DNA from: Jimgerdemannia flammicorona
Lineage: Eukaryota
Assembly (NCBI GenBank): GCA_003990765.1
Contig: RBNJ01000233.1
Span: 1 to 35,903 of the forward strand
Length of the DNA stretch: 35,903 nt
Reading direction: 5' to 3'
The notes under the pieces were generated by a model, which saw nothing but the letters and a program-made list of their open reading frames with translations, was not told the origin of the DNA and searched no databases. Made by a program: the position numbers and the translations under genes. Numbering within the stretch: position 1 is the first letter of the stretch; every line of letters starts with the position of its first letter. Positions 21,601 to 34,002 of this stretch are shown here, piece by piece.

Positions 21601-23948
21601 GAGGAAGATCTCGCCAGTGTAATCAGGGTCAATTACTCCTCCTTCAACTGAGATTTTGCTTTTGGCCAGACTGCTCCTGGTCTTGATAATTCTGGCATGG
21701 TTTTCTGATAACTTGACTCTAATTCTAGTGCCAAGTAGGGTGGTGGTCTATGGTTCAAGGGTAGCATCTTGAATGCTGGTAAGGTCCATTCCTATGGCTC
21801 CTTCAGTCATATATTCTGGGATCTTGGCTTCAGAGTGAAACTTCTTGACCTTGAGGGTGATGTCTGATTCTTGTTCCTCCTCATCATCACTGTCAGCTTG
21901 AAGCTCTGGGGGCTGGTCATCTTCTTCAGCTTTCCTTTTTGCTTTGGTAGCTTCTTGCTCATGTTTCTGTTGGTGGATTTTCCTAACTTCACTGATACAG
22001 GACCAGCAGTCATTCAGGTGTTCAGAGCAGTACATTCTAGTACCATGGGGGCATCTTTCTTGAGGGGCATAGCCATTGATGATCTTATTATACCACTGCT
22101 CATCTGTGAGCTTGGATGTCTTGTTCTTGTTTTTGTTCACTGAGTGCATGAAGACCTCTGCATTCTCTTCATCTCCTTCCTCCATATCTGGTAGGACTCC
22201 TTTGTAGACATTGATAGAGACTTATACCTTTCTTCCTCTGTAGTTGATCTGCATCTTCTGGGCATTGAGGTCAATGATGGCCTTGGCCTTGTAAAGCCAT
22301 TGGTTGCTAATGAGGATGTATAGTTGGTGGCGCTTATAACAATCACATCTACTGGGATGGTAGCTACTCCTATCTTGATGGGGACTTCTCAGATTTTGTC
22401 AAGGGGGGTAGCTCATGTACCATCTACTATGACATAGACCATCTTGGTAGACTCTTCAATGTCCCAACCTAGGCAGTCAATTGCCTTCTTGCTCATGAGG
22501 TATCCTCCAGCACTAGTATCAATGATGGTATCAAAGATACAATCTTCAATCTGATATGGGGTATAGGCTGATGTCTTGCACTGGTCTTCAGATTCTTCAC
22601 CTGAGTTCTCAGATTCTTCCTGTACATTGTGAGCTTCTACAATCTTATATTCTTGATTCTTAGTGGTAGTTGCAAGTCCTACTCTCAACTGCTATCTGAA
22701 GGCAGGGACTTCAGCTAGCTGTCCAAAGGTAGCATTGACCTTCTGTTTCTTGAGATCCTTGTAGATATCATACTGGTGGATCTTGGTCTTGCACAGCTTC
22801 TGTTCCTTCTTGCTTTTGCTTTCTCCTGAGACTGGGGTAGTATCTTCAATAATTTGGCAGGCAGCTTCATCTAACTCCATGTCTTGATCAATCTCCTCAG
22901 GTTGAGTCTTGCTTTGAATAATGATGGCTGGGGTCTTCTTTGGTCTTCCAACTGGCTTGCTGTTGCTCTTCTTGTCATAGGGCTTGGACTGGGTTCTGGT
23001 ACCTTCAGTAGCAGGGTAGAATTCGAGCTCCTTGTAGTATTCTTCATCATCAGTGTCACCAATCTCCTCGATGACTACTGCATTGATTTGTTCTCTGGTT
23101 CTGCTTGCATTGCTTGGTTGGGCTTTGCATCTTGTTTCAGTCATGCAACTCTTTGTATAGTGGCCTTCTTCTCCACATCTAAAGCATGTGATATTGCATT
23201 CTTCTGTAGCAGCTACAAATCTCTGTACTGGTCTCCTGTTGATACTTCAGACTTCTCTAACAACATCACCAAGGTGTGCAGTCATTTCAGCAAACTGCTT
23301 GGCAAGTTCCTCCACTGGGTCAGCTTTGGCTATCTTGGGGGTAGGTGGGATTGATTGTCTGTTTATGACTGTGGTAGGTAAGATACTAGTTGGCTTTGAT
23401 GGCTCTATCTTGATGCTAGTTATTTTCTCCATTGAGTATTCAGCAAGATGTCTGGCAGTCCAATATCTCTGTACAAAGACCACTTTCTGATCAAGGGTCA
23501 GTGCAGCTGGGGTAGACCAGATTGCTAGAGCAATTTCAGGGTGAACTCCTTTGAGGAAGGTTGAATCTGCTATTTGTTCCTTGAGGTGGTCATCATAGCC
23601 AGCCAAGACAATCTGGTGGCAGATTCGAGTATAGAATGAGTTTGGATCTTCACTAAGTCCCTGGCAGATAGTATTGAGTTGATCCTTGAGAGCTTGCTTG
23701 ATCTCTTCGGTATAATATGTTGTTATGAGGAAGACCTTTATGTTGGCAAGTTTGGCTGCACTAGCATCAGCAATGGTGGCTGTATTGAACTTGTCTCTGG
23801 CAGGTCCTCTGAGGCTGACTGGTAGAAAGGCCAATTGAGCATCCACACCAAGGGTTTGTACAGCGGCGAATTGTTCAAAGTCTTCAATAAAGGTCAGAAT
23901 TGACTCTTCAGTAGTATATCCATAGAATGTGGGGGGATACATTTCCAT
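18682..23948 (-). pseudogene. gag-pol: gag-pol polyprotein of element B, probably ancestrally a single ORF of ~1750 aa
   Basis: Gag PPTFYG..EESILTFIEDF; zinc knuckle CFRCGEEGHYTKSC (23145-23186); protease IIDTSAG (~22515); dUTPase ~21440-21840; RT YIDD (20739-20750); RNase H QTDASAIGLGAVL; integrase YHPQGNGQIER and KLEPKWEGPF. Broken by transition stops and small frameshifts. Confidence 0.94.
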
Positions 23949-24048
23949 CTAGTCTTGAATTCTTGCAGGGGTAACTCTTGTTGTCAGGGTAGTTGTTGTG
24001 GGGGTTGTTTATTTTTCAGCTTGAAAGTGAGGGATTCATCTTGAATCA

Positions 24049-24065
24049 CCAGCCAATGGGCACCA
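24049..24065 (-). promoter_or_regulatory. Primer binding site of element B
   Basis: TGGTGCCCATTGGCTGG starts 3 nt after the 5' LTR. The first 9 nt resemble the tRNA-Lys-type TGGCGCCCA; tRNA identity is uncertain. Confidence 0.65.
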
Positions 24066-24068
24066 AGT

Positions 24069-25599
24069 TGTCACATAGTAGTTTCTGAGTCCTTCAAATA
24101 TGCCAGATTCTCTTTAAGATATATCTCTTAGACTAACTCAAGTTTGTTATAAGCAAGTTCTTATTGGAGTGCCTTCCCAAGGTCTTATAGTCCTCAAACT
24201 TCTTATCTTTAACTGTCTTGTTATCTCTTAGATTGCTTACAAGGAAGTGTGTGTAAGTGAAACTGGAACTGACTTTATTTTAAAGGAAATAAGAAGAGTA
24301 TTTATACAAAATATAATTCAATGGTTGCTAAGATATAAAGCTAAATATAAATTCTAATAACTAAAACTACTAAGTTCCAGAGTCGGTACTGATGGTTGTA
24401 CAGGTTCAGGATGCTGGTATTATTTAGTATCACATCAAAATACCAGTGCTAGAACAATTTCACATCACCTAGAATACCAGTACTGGCATTATCCAGTGTT
24501 ACATGAGAATACCAGTGCTGGTATTATCCAGTGTAATAAAGAACTTAGAGCAGAAAGTTCAGGATTATGGGAGCTTCATCATCATCATCACTGAAGGAGA
24601 TGAGATCTGCAAATTTATCATATAGGTCATGCATTTCATATATATCACATGGGATGACATTATTGCCAATGGTGTCATCACATTTGGCTGTGGTGGGGAA
24701 ATCGGGAACAAGATCTGGAGCTCTCCAGTCTATGAGGTTCTCTTCTACAAAATAGGGGACAAATGTGGGGTCTTGGGGAGATCTAACCTGGATACTTGGG
24801 CCCTGGAATACTGAGATCAATCCTTGCAGGAATTGGTCTGGGTTGTTCTGAAAGATGGAGTGCCAGAAGTCTTCTACTTCATCACTATTGAGGGTAATAG
24901 TGGACTGGGCTTCTGTAGCCACCCTGGCTTCTAGTGCATTGATACAGCAGGATGACAGGTCTCTGAAGTCTGAGACTCTAATATACTCCAAGTTGGGGAT
25001 TGACCATGGTGCATGCCTGAAGATCTGATGGATCTTCTTAGCTGTCCTCATTTTGTATATATCTATGGGAGTGGCATCTTGTAGCTCTTGGGTGCTGGCC
25101 TGTAAGAACTCCCAGCAGAGGAGGTTTCCTATTTCATACTCCTGCCACATTTGGAGGCATTCAGTAGCAATGGTGATCCTTGTTTCCATTTCACAGTAGT
25201 AGAGGATAAAGTGATAGGGATCTGCAATACCCAGATTGACACTGGGAGTCCTTCTTGAGTGGGTCTCCATGGCTCTTCTGATGTCTTGGAACATCCTTTC
25301 TTCAACCAAGGTGCCTTGATAGTTCCTTGACCTTGAGGTTTGGCAGGCAGCAGGCATTTCATTTATGGTAAGTCTTTGAGCTATTTTGGGATTGGTGGTT
25401 CTTGTTGGTTGCTGCTACTGTGGTTCCTTGATCCTTCTTTTATATTCTTCAGGATGCTTGTACTGTGGTCACAATGACTCACAGTTGGTCATCATTGCTC
25501 ATCTCATATGCTATATGATCTTCTTGTGCTCTGATCTAGTGGCTTGCAAGGAAAGGCTGTCTCCTGTGCTGATGTCATCATTCTGGGGTCACCATTACA
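24069..25599 (-). repeat. 5' LTR of element B (1531 bp)
   Basis: TGTAAT...GTGACA on the minus strand. TATA at 24306-24299 and AATAAA at 24279-24274. Confidence 0.95.
24545..25357 (-). CDS. Intact 270-aa LTR-encoded protein of unknown function (acidic C-terminus)
   Basis: Open from ATG to TAA, wholly inside the LTR and on the element sense strand. A homolog is present in solo LTR C. Confidence 0.82.
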   Translation of the reverse strand: MPAACQTSRSRNYQGTLVEERMFQDIRRAMETHSRRTPSVNLGIADPYHFILYYCEMETRITIATECLQMWQEYEIGNLLCWEFLQASTQELQDATPIDIYKMRTAKKIHQIFRHAPWSIPNLEYIRVSDFRDLSSCCINALEARVATEAQSTITLNSDEVEDFWHSIFQNNPDQFLQGLISVFQGPSIQVRSPQDPTFVPYFVEENLIDWRAPDLVPDFPTTAKCDDTIGNNVIPCDIYEMHDLYDKFADLISFSDDDDEAPIILNFLL

Positions 25600-26151
25600 A
25601 TATATAGCTATGAGATCTATAAATTCTAAGATTTGAAGGATTACTGTAAGTTATTACTAGAATTCTCCCTCATTCTTATCATCACTATTACTATCATTAT
25701 TACTATCACTACTACTACTTTAGCTCTCAATAAGCAACTTGTGTACTATCTATATGAGAAAAAATTTAATGTTGTCAGCAGAGAGTACTTTCTATCTTGA
25801 ATATTCCCTCTTTTAATAATTATTAGGTATAAAAATGAGTAGACTAATATACAATTAAGAGCTGCTATTTATTTGTTCATAATATAACTAGAGAAATAAA
25901 AAAGAGTATCAGAGAATAAAGAAAGAAAAATATTACTAAAGTTAAAGAAAGAGTAATATCACCAAAGATAAAGAAAGGGTAATATTACTAAGATAAAGAA
26001 AGGGTAATGTCATCAAAAATTTCAAGTAATCTAGATCAACCTGGATTAATCCAGATCAGATCATGAGACTAATCCAAGTTAATTCAAATTCATCATATAA
26101 TAAATCTGAATCAAATCTCATTCAGATAAATTGCATCTATTTAGAATACTA

Positions 26152-26638
26152 TATCTGAGTTATTAGAATTAACTATACTATTTAAGTTATTTCTCAGAGA
26201 GCTGCTGATTTAGGAGAATCTGTGCCAAATCAAGTTATCTACAAAATTGAGTTATCTACTAAATCACCCATTAAGGAATACTGCTGAGATCATCATACTA
26301 CATAGAAATCATCATGTTATACAGAGATCATCAGGTAGAAACTATATACTTTTAGAGATTATCACACTACACAAGAGATTGTTATGTTAGAAATCATATA
26401 CTTTTGGAGAATATCTATGCTATACACAAATCACTACTACTTCCAAGAATAGTCTCAATAAGGAAATTACCAGAACTACTTGCAGATATCCAGTATTAAC
26501 TATTATACTACTAAACACCAAGGGCCTCAAAAATCTTAGAATATTTTATTACTTTTTGACAAAGTAACTAGGAGCTTAAGCTGAACTACACCAACCCCCA
26601 ATCTTGTAATTTGTCTCTATTGAGTCAAACACATTACA
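26152..26638 (+). repeat. 5' LTR of element D, right part
   Basis: Follows the hAT right TIR and ends ATTACA immediately before TT-TGGGGGCT. Confidence 0.75.
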
Positions 26639-26640
26639 TT

Positions 26641-26658
26641 TGGGGGCTTAACTGAGAA
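26641..26658 (+). promoter_or_regulatory. Primer binding site of element D, tRNA-Pro-like
   Basis: TGGGGGCTTAACTGAGAA versus canonical tRNA-Pro PBS TGGGGGCTCGTCCGGGAT; most mismatches are C>T or G>A. Confidence 0.7.
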
Positions 26659-26699
26659 TATTTCAAAATTGATATAACTTTTTAGCTCATAAGAACCTA

Positions 26700-29600
26700 T
26701 AGTCAAACTGGATATATTTAATATAATACTAATCTCTACTATTACAGAAAAACTAATTATTACCAGTATTTAGATAAGAAGAGAAGTAATCACTTCAAAA
26801 CTTGTCAACTATCTATTATCAGAAAGATCTCAACCAGAAGCCAATATAGTACAGAACTCTCAGCCAGTATCAACAGACTTCCTATTAGACCAATCAGATT
26901 ACACAGATAGCCCTGCTACTAACTTTGATCAAATTTCTCAAAAACTAGAAGATCTCATTACATAAGCCCAACTTCTTACAGGAGATCTATCAATTTCACT
27001 CATTGAACCTCTACTACTAGCTATTATAGAACAAAAAGACCAAGGAGTAGCTCCTTTAAGGATACCTAGATCTATTCTACCTTACTCAAGATTCTAATAC
27101 CATCTTCAGAATACCCAAGTATCCTGAACTCCAGTAATAATTTAGAGAGCAAATCAGAATTAGAATTGAAATCAGAATTAGTACCAGAATCAGAACCAGA
27201 GTCAGAAGCAATAATGATGAAATAGCCACCCTATTGCCAATCTTTACAAGATACTCAAAAGAAGACCCAAGGGAATTCCTTGATATAATTAAAGAAATTA
27301 CAGCTCTGAAGAATTTCTCTTCTAAAAGGAAAGTTACTATCATAAGATCCAACTCAGAGAACCAGCTAAAGGAATTTTCACTCAAGTAAGAAATGATGTA
27401 TATTCAGACCTTAGAGCAGTCATCAATGCAGCAAGAAGATGGCTGGCAGAGTATAAAGCCATGATCTATTGACTTATTGAGAAGTATACAGAAAATGAGA
27501 CCTACTATAAGACTCAAAAATCTATTATAGGAATGAAGATAAATCTTGGAGAATTGTCCAGAGCATTCTTTACAAAAATTCAAAAAAGAATACATACCAT
27601 CAGGTTCAATGCTACAAATTAAGACATTATAGGTCCAATGATCTTTATGAATGGGATTCTACTGAACATTGCTCAGTATATCTATATCTTAGGCATCAAG
27701 AGGTCTGAAGAGTAAGTAGATATAGCTCAAGAATTTTTTGATATCAGATAAAGAACTATCTGGAGTGACTATAATAAGAAAGATAACAAGAAAGATATTC
27801 TGATCAAAGTCCTGTAAAAACTTCTTTAAGAATAACAGAAAAAAAATTTGAGACCTCAGTTCTAAGTTGGACCAATTGGTGGGACAGATTGAAAAACTCA
27901 CCACATACAAAAATCAGAGCTACCCACAAGATAACAGAGGGTATATACTACAAAGGAACCAAGGTTATCCACTCAGAGATAACAGGAGCTACTAGCAAGA
28001 GGAAAAAAGATACTCTGTCTGGGATAGAGCCCAAGTTCAGTGCTTTTACTATGGATAATTTGAATATTATACTACTGAATATAATAATAAAAGAAGTGAC
28101 TAAAGGGACTCAGAACTACTAAATTAAAGAAATGAAACTTAGTACAAGAAGACTGAAGCCCATCCTGTCAAAGACATTGAAGAAGAAAGTAACAGTAAAG
28201 ACAATAGTGATCTAGATCTATATCTAGTCAAAATTATTACCAGAAAGATAGTTTACCTAGTAGAGAAAAGGAAGAGATCCATAGGAAGACCATCCAGAAA
28301 TACCAATAGAAGAATCTAAGAGAAAGACAAAAGACATAAAGAGAAGTAAGTAGAAATACCTCCCTAGTCTCCCTCACCTTTTATTTCTGAAACAAATGAA
28401 TTATCTCTAGAAGATGAAGAAATGGAGCAAAAAGAATAGGAACCTATTTCCCCAAAGCTCCAAAAAAAATGTATATCCTGAAGACTATGCCCAGAGATAT
28501 TTACAATAAAGTCTGGCAAAATATTCAAGAAGCTAAGATGAAAGTTCCTCTCCTGCAGTTCCTACAACTGATGCCAGCTGGAGTCTAAAACAAACTGTTG
28601 AGAACTATTAGATCTAGTACTGACCAAGTCCCAATTCCACAGCAAGAATCAGCTTCTACTCCCATTCAAGCTACAGAGAGATATATCAGCATCTATCTAT
28701 ATAGAGACATTGGAGGACAAAAGACAAAAATCCTCATAGATACAGGAGCAGCTATCTGTATTATTGCCAAATAATTTCTAGACACCCTCCAATGGCCCAT
28801 TGATAGACCATATAACCTCAATATCACAGTAGCAGATAGAGCCCAAACTCAACCTTTTAGAGAAGTATGAAATATTACTATCTCTCTGGAACACATTCAG
28901 TTCTCTATCTTAAAAGCTGTTATCACCAAAGCTGTTACTTATGACATAATCCTTGACACTAACTAGATGAAGGAAATGAATATAATTATTGATATCAGTC
29001 AATAAGTACTCAAGTTTGATTACTGAGATAAGAAGTACTAAGTTAAGATATCCAGCTATGAGTAATCAAAGAAGAAGAAGAAGATCACTATCTAAGAAGA
29101 ATATACTAGTAGTGAAGAATCTACCATAGAAGAGGAAGAAGAATCTAAAGATAGAAATGATCCCAGACTCAGTCTATGAATCAATCTAGTAGATGACAGG
29201 CCAGAGGATAATGTGTAGACTAGGAACACTATCTCCATCACTAATAGAGCTATTTCAGAACAGATCAAAGGATGTCCCATCTGTCTCAAAAGATACAAGT
29301 GTCCTAAACACTCATTCAAGATTATTGGAATAAGAAATTTACCTGGCACAGTCTGCCCTAAGTGCAGAAAAAGAATGAAGAAGTATAGATATATTCCAAA
29401 GATACCCATAATTGAAGCTACAGAAGTATAAGTAATTTGGGGTCAAGAATCATCTGAGAAAGAAGAAACCTCTGAGCAAGAGATTCCTGAACAAGAAGTA
29501 CCTAAGGAGAAAGAGCCCTCTAAACTCATTCTCTAGAATAACTCTTACTGAATACCACTAGAAGATAATGATCCCTGGAATGTCAAAGAAGGACTCAGTA

Positions 29601-32600
29601 TAATCTCCATTATTCTAAAGTAAGAAATACATCAAGAAAGAGCCTTTCAGCTAAGAAGATGTCTATATCAAATAACTTTCCACTCTCTCTAAGACTACTG
29701 CTATCAGTACCACCTACTGGATCAATAAGAAAAACAGAGACCTCAAAGGTCAGAACTCCTGACTACAATTATATAGTTAATCATTTTCCAGAAAGTCACT
29801 ACAAGGTTACAAAGCCAAGCTAGAGGACAAGGTCTCTTCACCTGAACAGAAGTATACCCCTTGGCCACCCTTCTCTCAATTTATGATCAAGATAGATACT
29901 AATTCCCAAGATAATAAAAGATCAATAATCAAGAATAGCATTTTTGAGCAATGGGATATTATAATTATGGAAGGCACCCAGACTACTGAGACTACAGATA
30001 CCAGAAGATTCACCTCAGCCAGGATGTTATAGTCTATACTCTAAAGAGAGAAGACAACAGAACTCAGATTTGAAAAAGCTAGACCAAGAAACCAGGAAGA
30101 AGGGCCCTCAAGATCTATAATTTGAGAGAAGATATTCTAGCTCTCATCAGATATATAACTCACTAAGGATAGATAGAAGATGCCACCAACTTCATAAAGG
30201 CCCTAGACTTTATAAGAAAAAGAAGAATCAACTATCTTTGAGACCCTTCTACTGAAGCCAGATGGCTGCACCTCAATCTCAGAGTCTGGAGGCTTCCTGC
30301 CAGTAGAGCTTCAGCTCAAAGAGAGTCTGAACTTAGCAAAGATATTGCTCAGTATGTCCTACTACATCCTAAGGCCAAACCTCCAACTATAGCTCACTAA
30401 GATATAGGATATGATCTCTATAGTCTGGAGGATAAACTCATCAGATCTGGAAGAACATGGTGTTCAGAACAGGACTAGTTATGCAACCACCTAAAGGAAC
30501 TTACATCCAACTAATCTCAAGGTCTGGACTTGCCAGACAAGGAGTAACCATAGAAAGAGGAACTATAGACTCAGGATATACAGGTGAAATCAAGATCATT
30601 TTACATAACAGTAGTACAGAATGGTATCAAATTCTCAGAGGACAGAAGACTGCTCAAGCAGTCTTCATGAAAGTCAAGACCCCTCAATTATAAGAAGTCT
30701 CCAAACTAACTGAAAGAATAAGGCAGGCTGAAGGATTTGGAAGTTTAGATAAGAAAAAGTCTATCTCCTCTATGTCAACTATCTCAAGAAGGATGTTCCA
30801 CAGCAAGTGTATTACCAATCAGTCAAATTGTATAAGAATCTTATCCTGGAGCCAGAAGAGCAAATTACCTTTACCATCTGACCCCAGAAATCTCTTTTTT
30901 GAACCCAATGAAGACATCCTGAACCTGAATATTAAGGGATATATATTCTCTGATAAGATGAATCCTGTGCACTCCTGAGTAACTAACCAGAGCTAGAAAA
31001 GTATCAGAACTATCATAGGACATCTAGTATCTTTCCTCAACTGAATCCACAGAGAAGTCTATAAGCTAAACCTATTGGAAAATGGAAAAAGGTCTCAGAA
31101 AAAAGGAAAGACCCCTCTGTAACTCAGGAGACAGTAAAGTCTTTCACCAATATTGAAGAAGAATTGATACTCCAGTAATGACAATAACTAGTAGAACTCA
31201 ACAAATATCAAGATATCTTTATTACTGATTATGGCAACCTACTATATAACTTATTATATTACTATAGTATAAATATAGAAAATGCAACACCTATCTGGCA
31301 GAAACCCTATAGAATACCCCATTACCTAAAGATATTTGAAAAGGAATACATTTAAGAACTCTTAGACAATAGAGTCATCTGACTCTCTATCAGCCCTTGG
31401 GCTAGTCCCATACTTATTATACCAAAGAAAGGAAGATGAAGACTCTATATAGACTACAGGAAACTCAATTCAGTCACTAAGAAGAATGCTTATCTTTTGC
31501 CCAGAATCAATGATCTCCTAGATCAGTTACAAGATACCAGATACTTCAGCAATATAGACATTTTTGCAGAATTCTATGAGATCTCCATGAATCTCAAGGA
31601 TATTCAGAAAACAGCCTTCTTTGCTCTAGAAAAACTGTCTAAATACCTCTGAATACCCTTTAGACTTTACAATATACCCCCTATCTTTCAGAGAATGATG
31701 AACTTAGTCTATGGCCTATAGATCCACCACTCTCTAATTATATACATGGATGATTCTAATATCTATTCAGCAAATTTTGAAAAACATCTGCACTATCTAG
31801 AAGAATTCTTCAAGCTCACCCATAAGAACTACCTGAGGCTCAATGTTAAGAAATGCTACTTTGGAAAACTGAAACTTGAATTTTTTAGATTCATAGTTTT
31901 GAATGAAGAAATTCATATAGACCTAAAGAAAACTGAGAAGATTAACAATTGGCCAGTACCCAAGACCCTAAAGAAAATACTATTATTTCTAATATTAGTA
32001 TCTTACTACAGAAGGTTCATCAAGAACTTTACCCAAATTACTATCTCAATCTGAATCTTTATCAAGAAGAGAGTACTATATAAATAGACAGAATCACAAG
32101 TACTAGCCTTCAAGGAACTCAAACACTATATGACTATAGTACTAATCCTTATATATTCCAATCTATAGAAATTATTCATCTTATATATAGTTACTTCCAA
32201 AGATGACCTTAGAGCAGTTTTAGCCTAGAAGAATCTGATCAATAATACTATATAATAGCTTATACAAGCTGAGCTACCAATCAGCAGCAGATCAACTATG
32301 GCAACATCAAATTGAAATATCTTGCAGTTATATAGGCAGTTACTCTGTTCAAACATTATCTTATCAGAAAAAGATTCACCCTAATAACTGACCATACTGT
32401 CTTCAAATAACTATTCAACCACAAGAAACCCATTGAAATCCTGGTCTGCTAAATTCTTATCCTTTAGAATTATAAGATCACCATTATTCATAAAGTAGAA
32501 AAAGCTCACAACAATATTGATGTACTTTCCTATCAATCTTAATAACCAGAAGAAGGGTATACTGAGGAACTATACTCTAAAGAAAACTTCTCTGACTATT

Positions 32601-32690
32601 AAGGTACAAAATATCTCATTTGGAAAGAACACTAGAAGGCCTACTAAAGACAGGTGAATATAGAAGAAAAACTACAAATAATATACATCA
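26700..32690 (+). pseudogene. gag-pol: gag-pol of element D, heavily decayed, truncated near the start of integrase
   Basis: LPIFTRYSKEDPREFLD (~27230); decayed knuckle CFYYG*FEYYTTEY (28041-28082); protease LIDTGA (28733-28750); dUTPase; SPWASPILIIPKK and IDYRKLNSVT; YMDD (31743-31754); RNase H FTLITDH. Both ends are approximate. Confidence 0.88.
30350..30750 (+). pseudogene. dut: dUTPase domain of element D
   Basis: IGYDL, RSGLA, GTIDSGYTGEI, KTAQAV, RQAEGFGS. Confidence 0.9.
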
Positions 32691-32731
32691 GCAGTAGGAG
32701 ATAGGTGGCCTGCTTACTTATTCTCATATCT

Positions 32732-34002
32732 TGTTATAGTAGAGATATAGTAAACAACTAGTCTATAGTAGAGAGAGGTCCTGATAGAGGTATGATGGTA
32801 TCTGTCAGATGTAATCTACTCAGTAGCTACTTCTCTTACTGCAGGGGGTAAGATATAATCTAAAAATTCCTCAGTGACTACAATAGTAGATTCTTGAGTC
32901 TTAGTGATTCCAAGATGGCTATAGAGAAGTATATAGAACCTATAGTAGCTGACTATATTCCTAAAGCCTAGGTGGAAAATTCTAAAGGTCTGATATAGAT
33001 CTTTATATACTTGATCAATTACAAGCTAGTGGATCCCTGGGTCTGTAGTTTTCTAGTATTATCTGGCCCTAATGATAAGGGCTTGTCTGGCTCTAGTTTG
33101 GGGGTTTGTTTCTAGAGAATCCACAGTTAGTTCTGGGGTTTACTTCTGTCTAAGGTTGGTCTTATTCCAACTTCTCAGGAGTGTGTTCTTGATGCCTTCT
33201 TGGCTTGGTAATTTTGCTGCTGCCAAGTTGTAATAACTCTTATTTCTATCTCTCTCTTATTCTTTGAATAATTAGAGAAACAAGATATTACTTAGAGACT
33301 TATTACACAATATATATCAAGAAGCCTTCAGTATAAGGAAGTGCTTACTTGAAAGGAGTTGTAATGGCAGTGCTCTTCTTATCAACTATAGTTGTAAAGG
33401 ACTTGTTCTTTGCTATACACAGACTAAATTCATCTTGGAATTCAGATTTGATAGGTTTACTTAAGTCTTTGTGATTTATATACTAGTCTCAGTTCTATCA
33501 GAAGTTAGCTAAACTTCTAGAGTTTAGTCAGAAATACTAGAGTTACTTAGATATTATTACTAAGACTCAGAAGAATATGTATATGTGGAGGGAGACTTGA
33601 TTCTTATATCAAGAACTAAACTAAAACTGCTTTATTTTGGATAGAAACTAGGGAGTATTTATACAAGTTGGTTCACAATTTCTGACTAAGTATAAGTGAC
33701 TAATTTGATAACTATAGTGAGGTTTGTAATTATGATCTTTGTTAGGTGATTTGTGATCAAGAATACTTTGTGATCAGGATCTCTATTGCTAGGCAATAAT
33801 CAGCTGCTATGATATTAGTTACTGTGGTAGTGATTACTAGAGATAAGCTAGATATTGTTTATTTACATAATTTGTTTATTATATTTGTCATTCATATATT
33901 ATATATCATATGTTATACTCAATTGTGATATTATTACCAGGTGATCACTTATTGTTACATATCATATCTCATTTATTTATCTCATTTATTTGTTCTATTA
34001 TA
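32732..34002 (-). repeat. Decayed LTR (E) of another related family; boundaries tentative
   Basis: Minus strand CTTGTATAAATACTCCC...AAAATAAAGCAG (33663-33631) matches the A/B and C promoter/polyA block. A possible ...TAACA end lies at 32732. No clean TSD. Confidence 0.5.

Larger units (their letters stand above)
16847..25599 (-). mobile_element. Full-length Ty3/Gypsy element B (8753 bp), same family as A
   Basis: Two ~1.5 kb LTRs, PBS, PPT and gag-pol. 4-bp TSD ATAT (16843-16846 / 25600-25603), confirmed against the empty site in H1 near 6090-6105. Confidence 0.96.
8543..26151 (+). mobile_element. hAT-superfamily DNA transposon H2 (about 6 kb once nested insertions are removed)
   Basis: Left TIR TAATACTCTAAAC; right TIR reverse complement TAGTATTCTAAAT (H1: TAGTGCTCTAAAT). 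8-bp TSD TATCTAAA (8535-8542) / TATCTGAG (26152-26159), differing only by G/A. hAT transposase inside. Confidence 0.85.
7606..32690 (+). mobile_element. Ty3/Gypsy element D (second dUTPase-bearing family), 5' LTR split by hAT H2, 3'-truncated
   Basis: LTR starts TGTAAT at 7606 and ends ATTACA at 26638 (inverted termini), followed by a PBS and decayed gag-PR-dUTPase-RT-RNaseH. Confidence 0.75.

Noticed and set aside
24545..25357. LTR ORF as an env gene
   Set aside because: No signal peptide, transmembrane helix or fusion peptide is visible, and it lies inside the LTR, past the PPT in the 3' copy.
1..25599. A/B and H1/H2 as an assembly artefact or segmental duplication
   Set aside because: The copies differ by many transitions and indels. 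A and B are in opposite orientation while H1 and H2 are direct, and the insertion sites differ.
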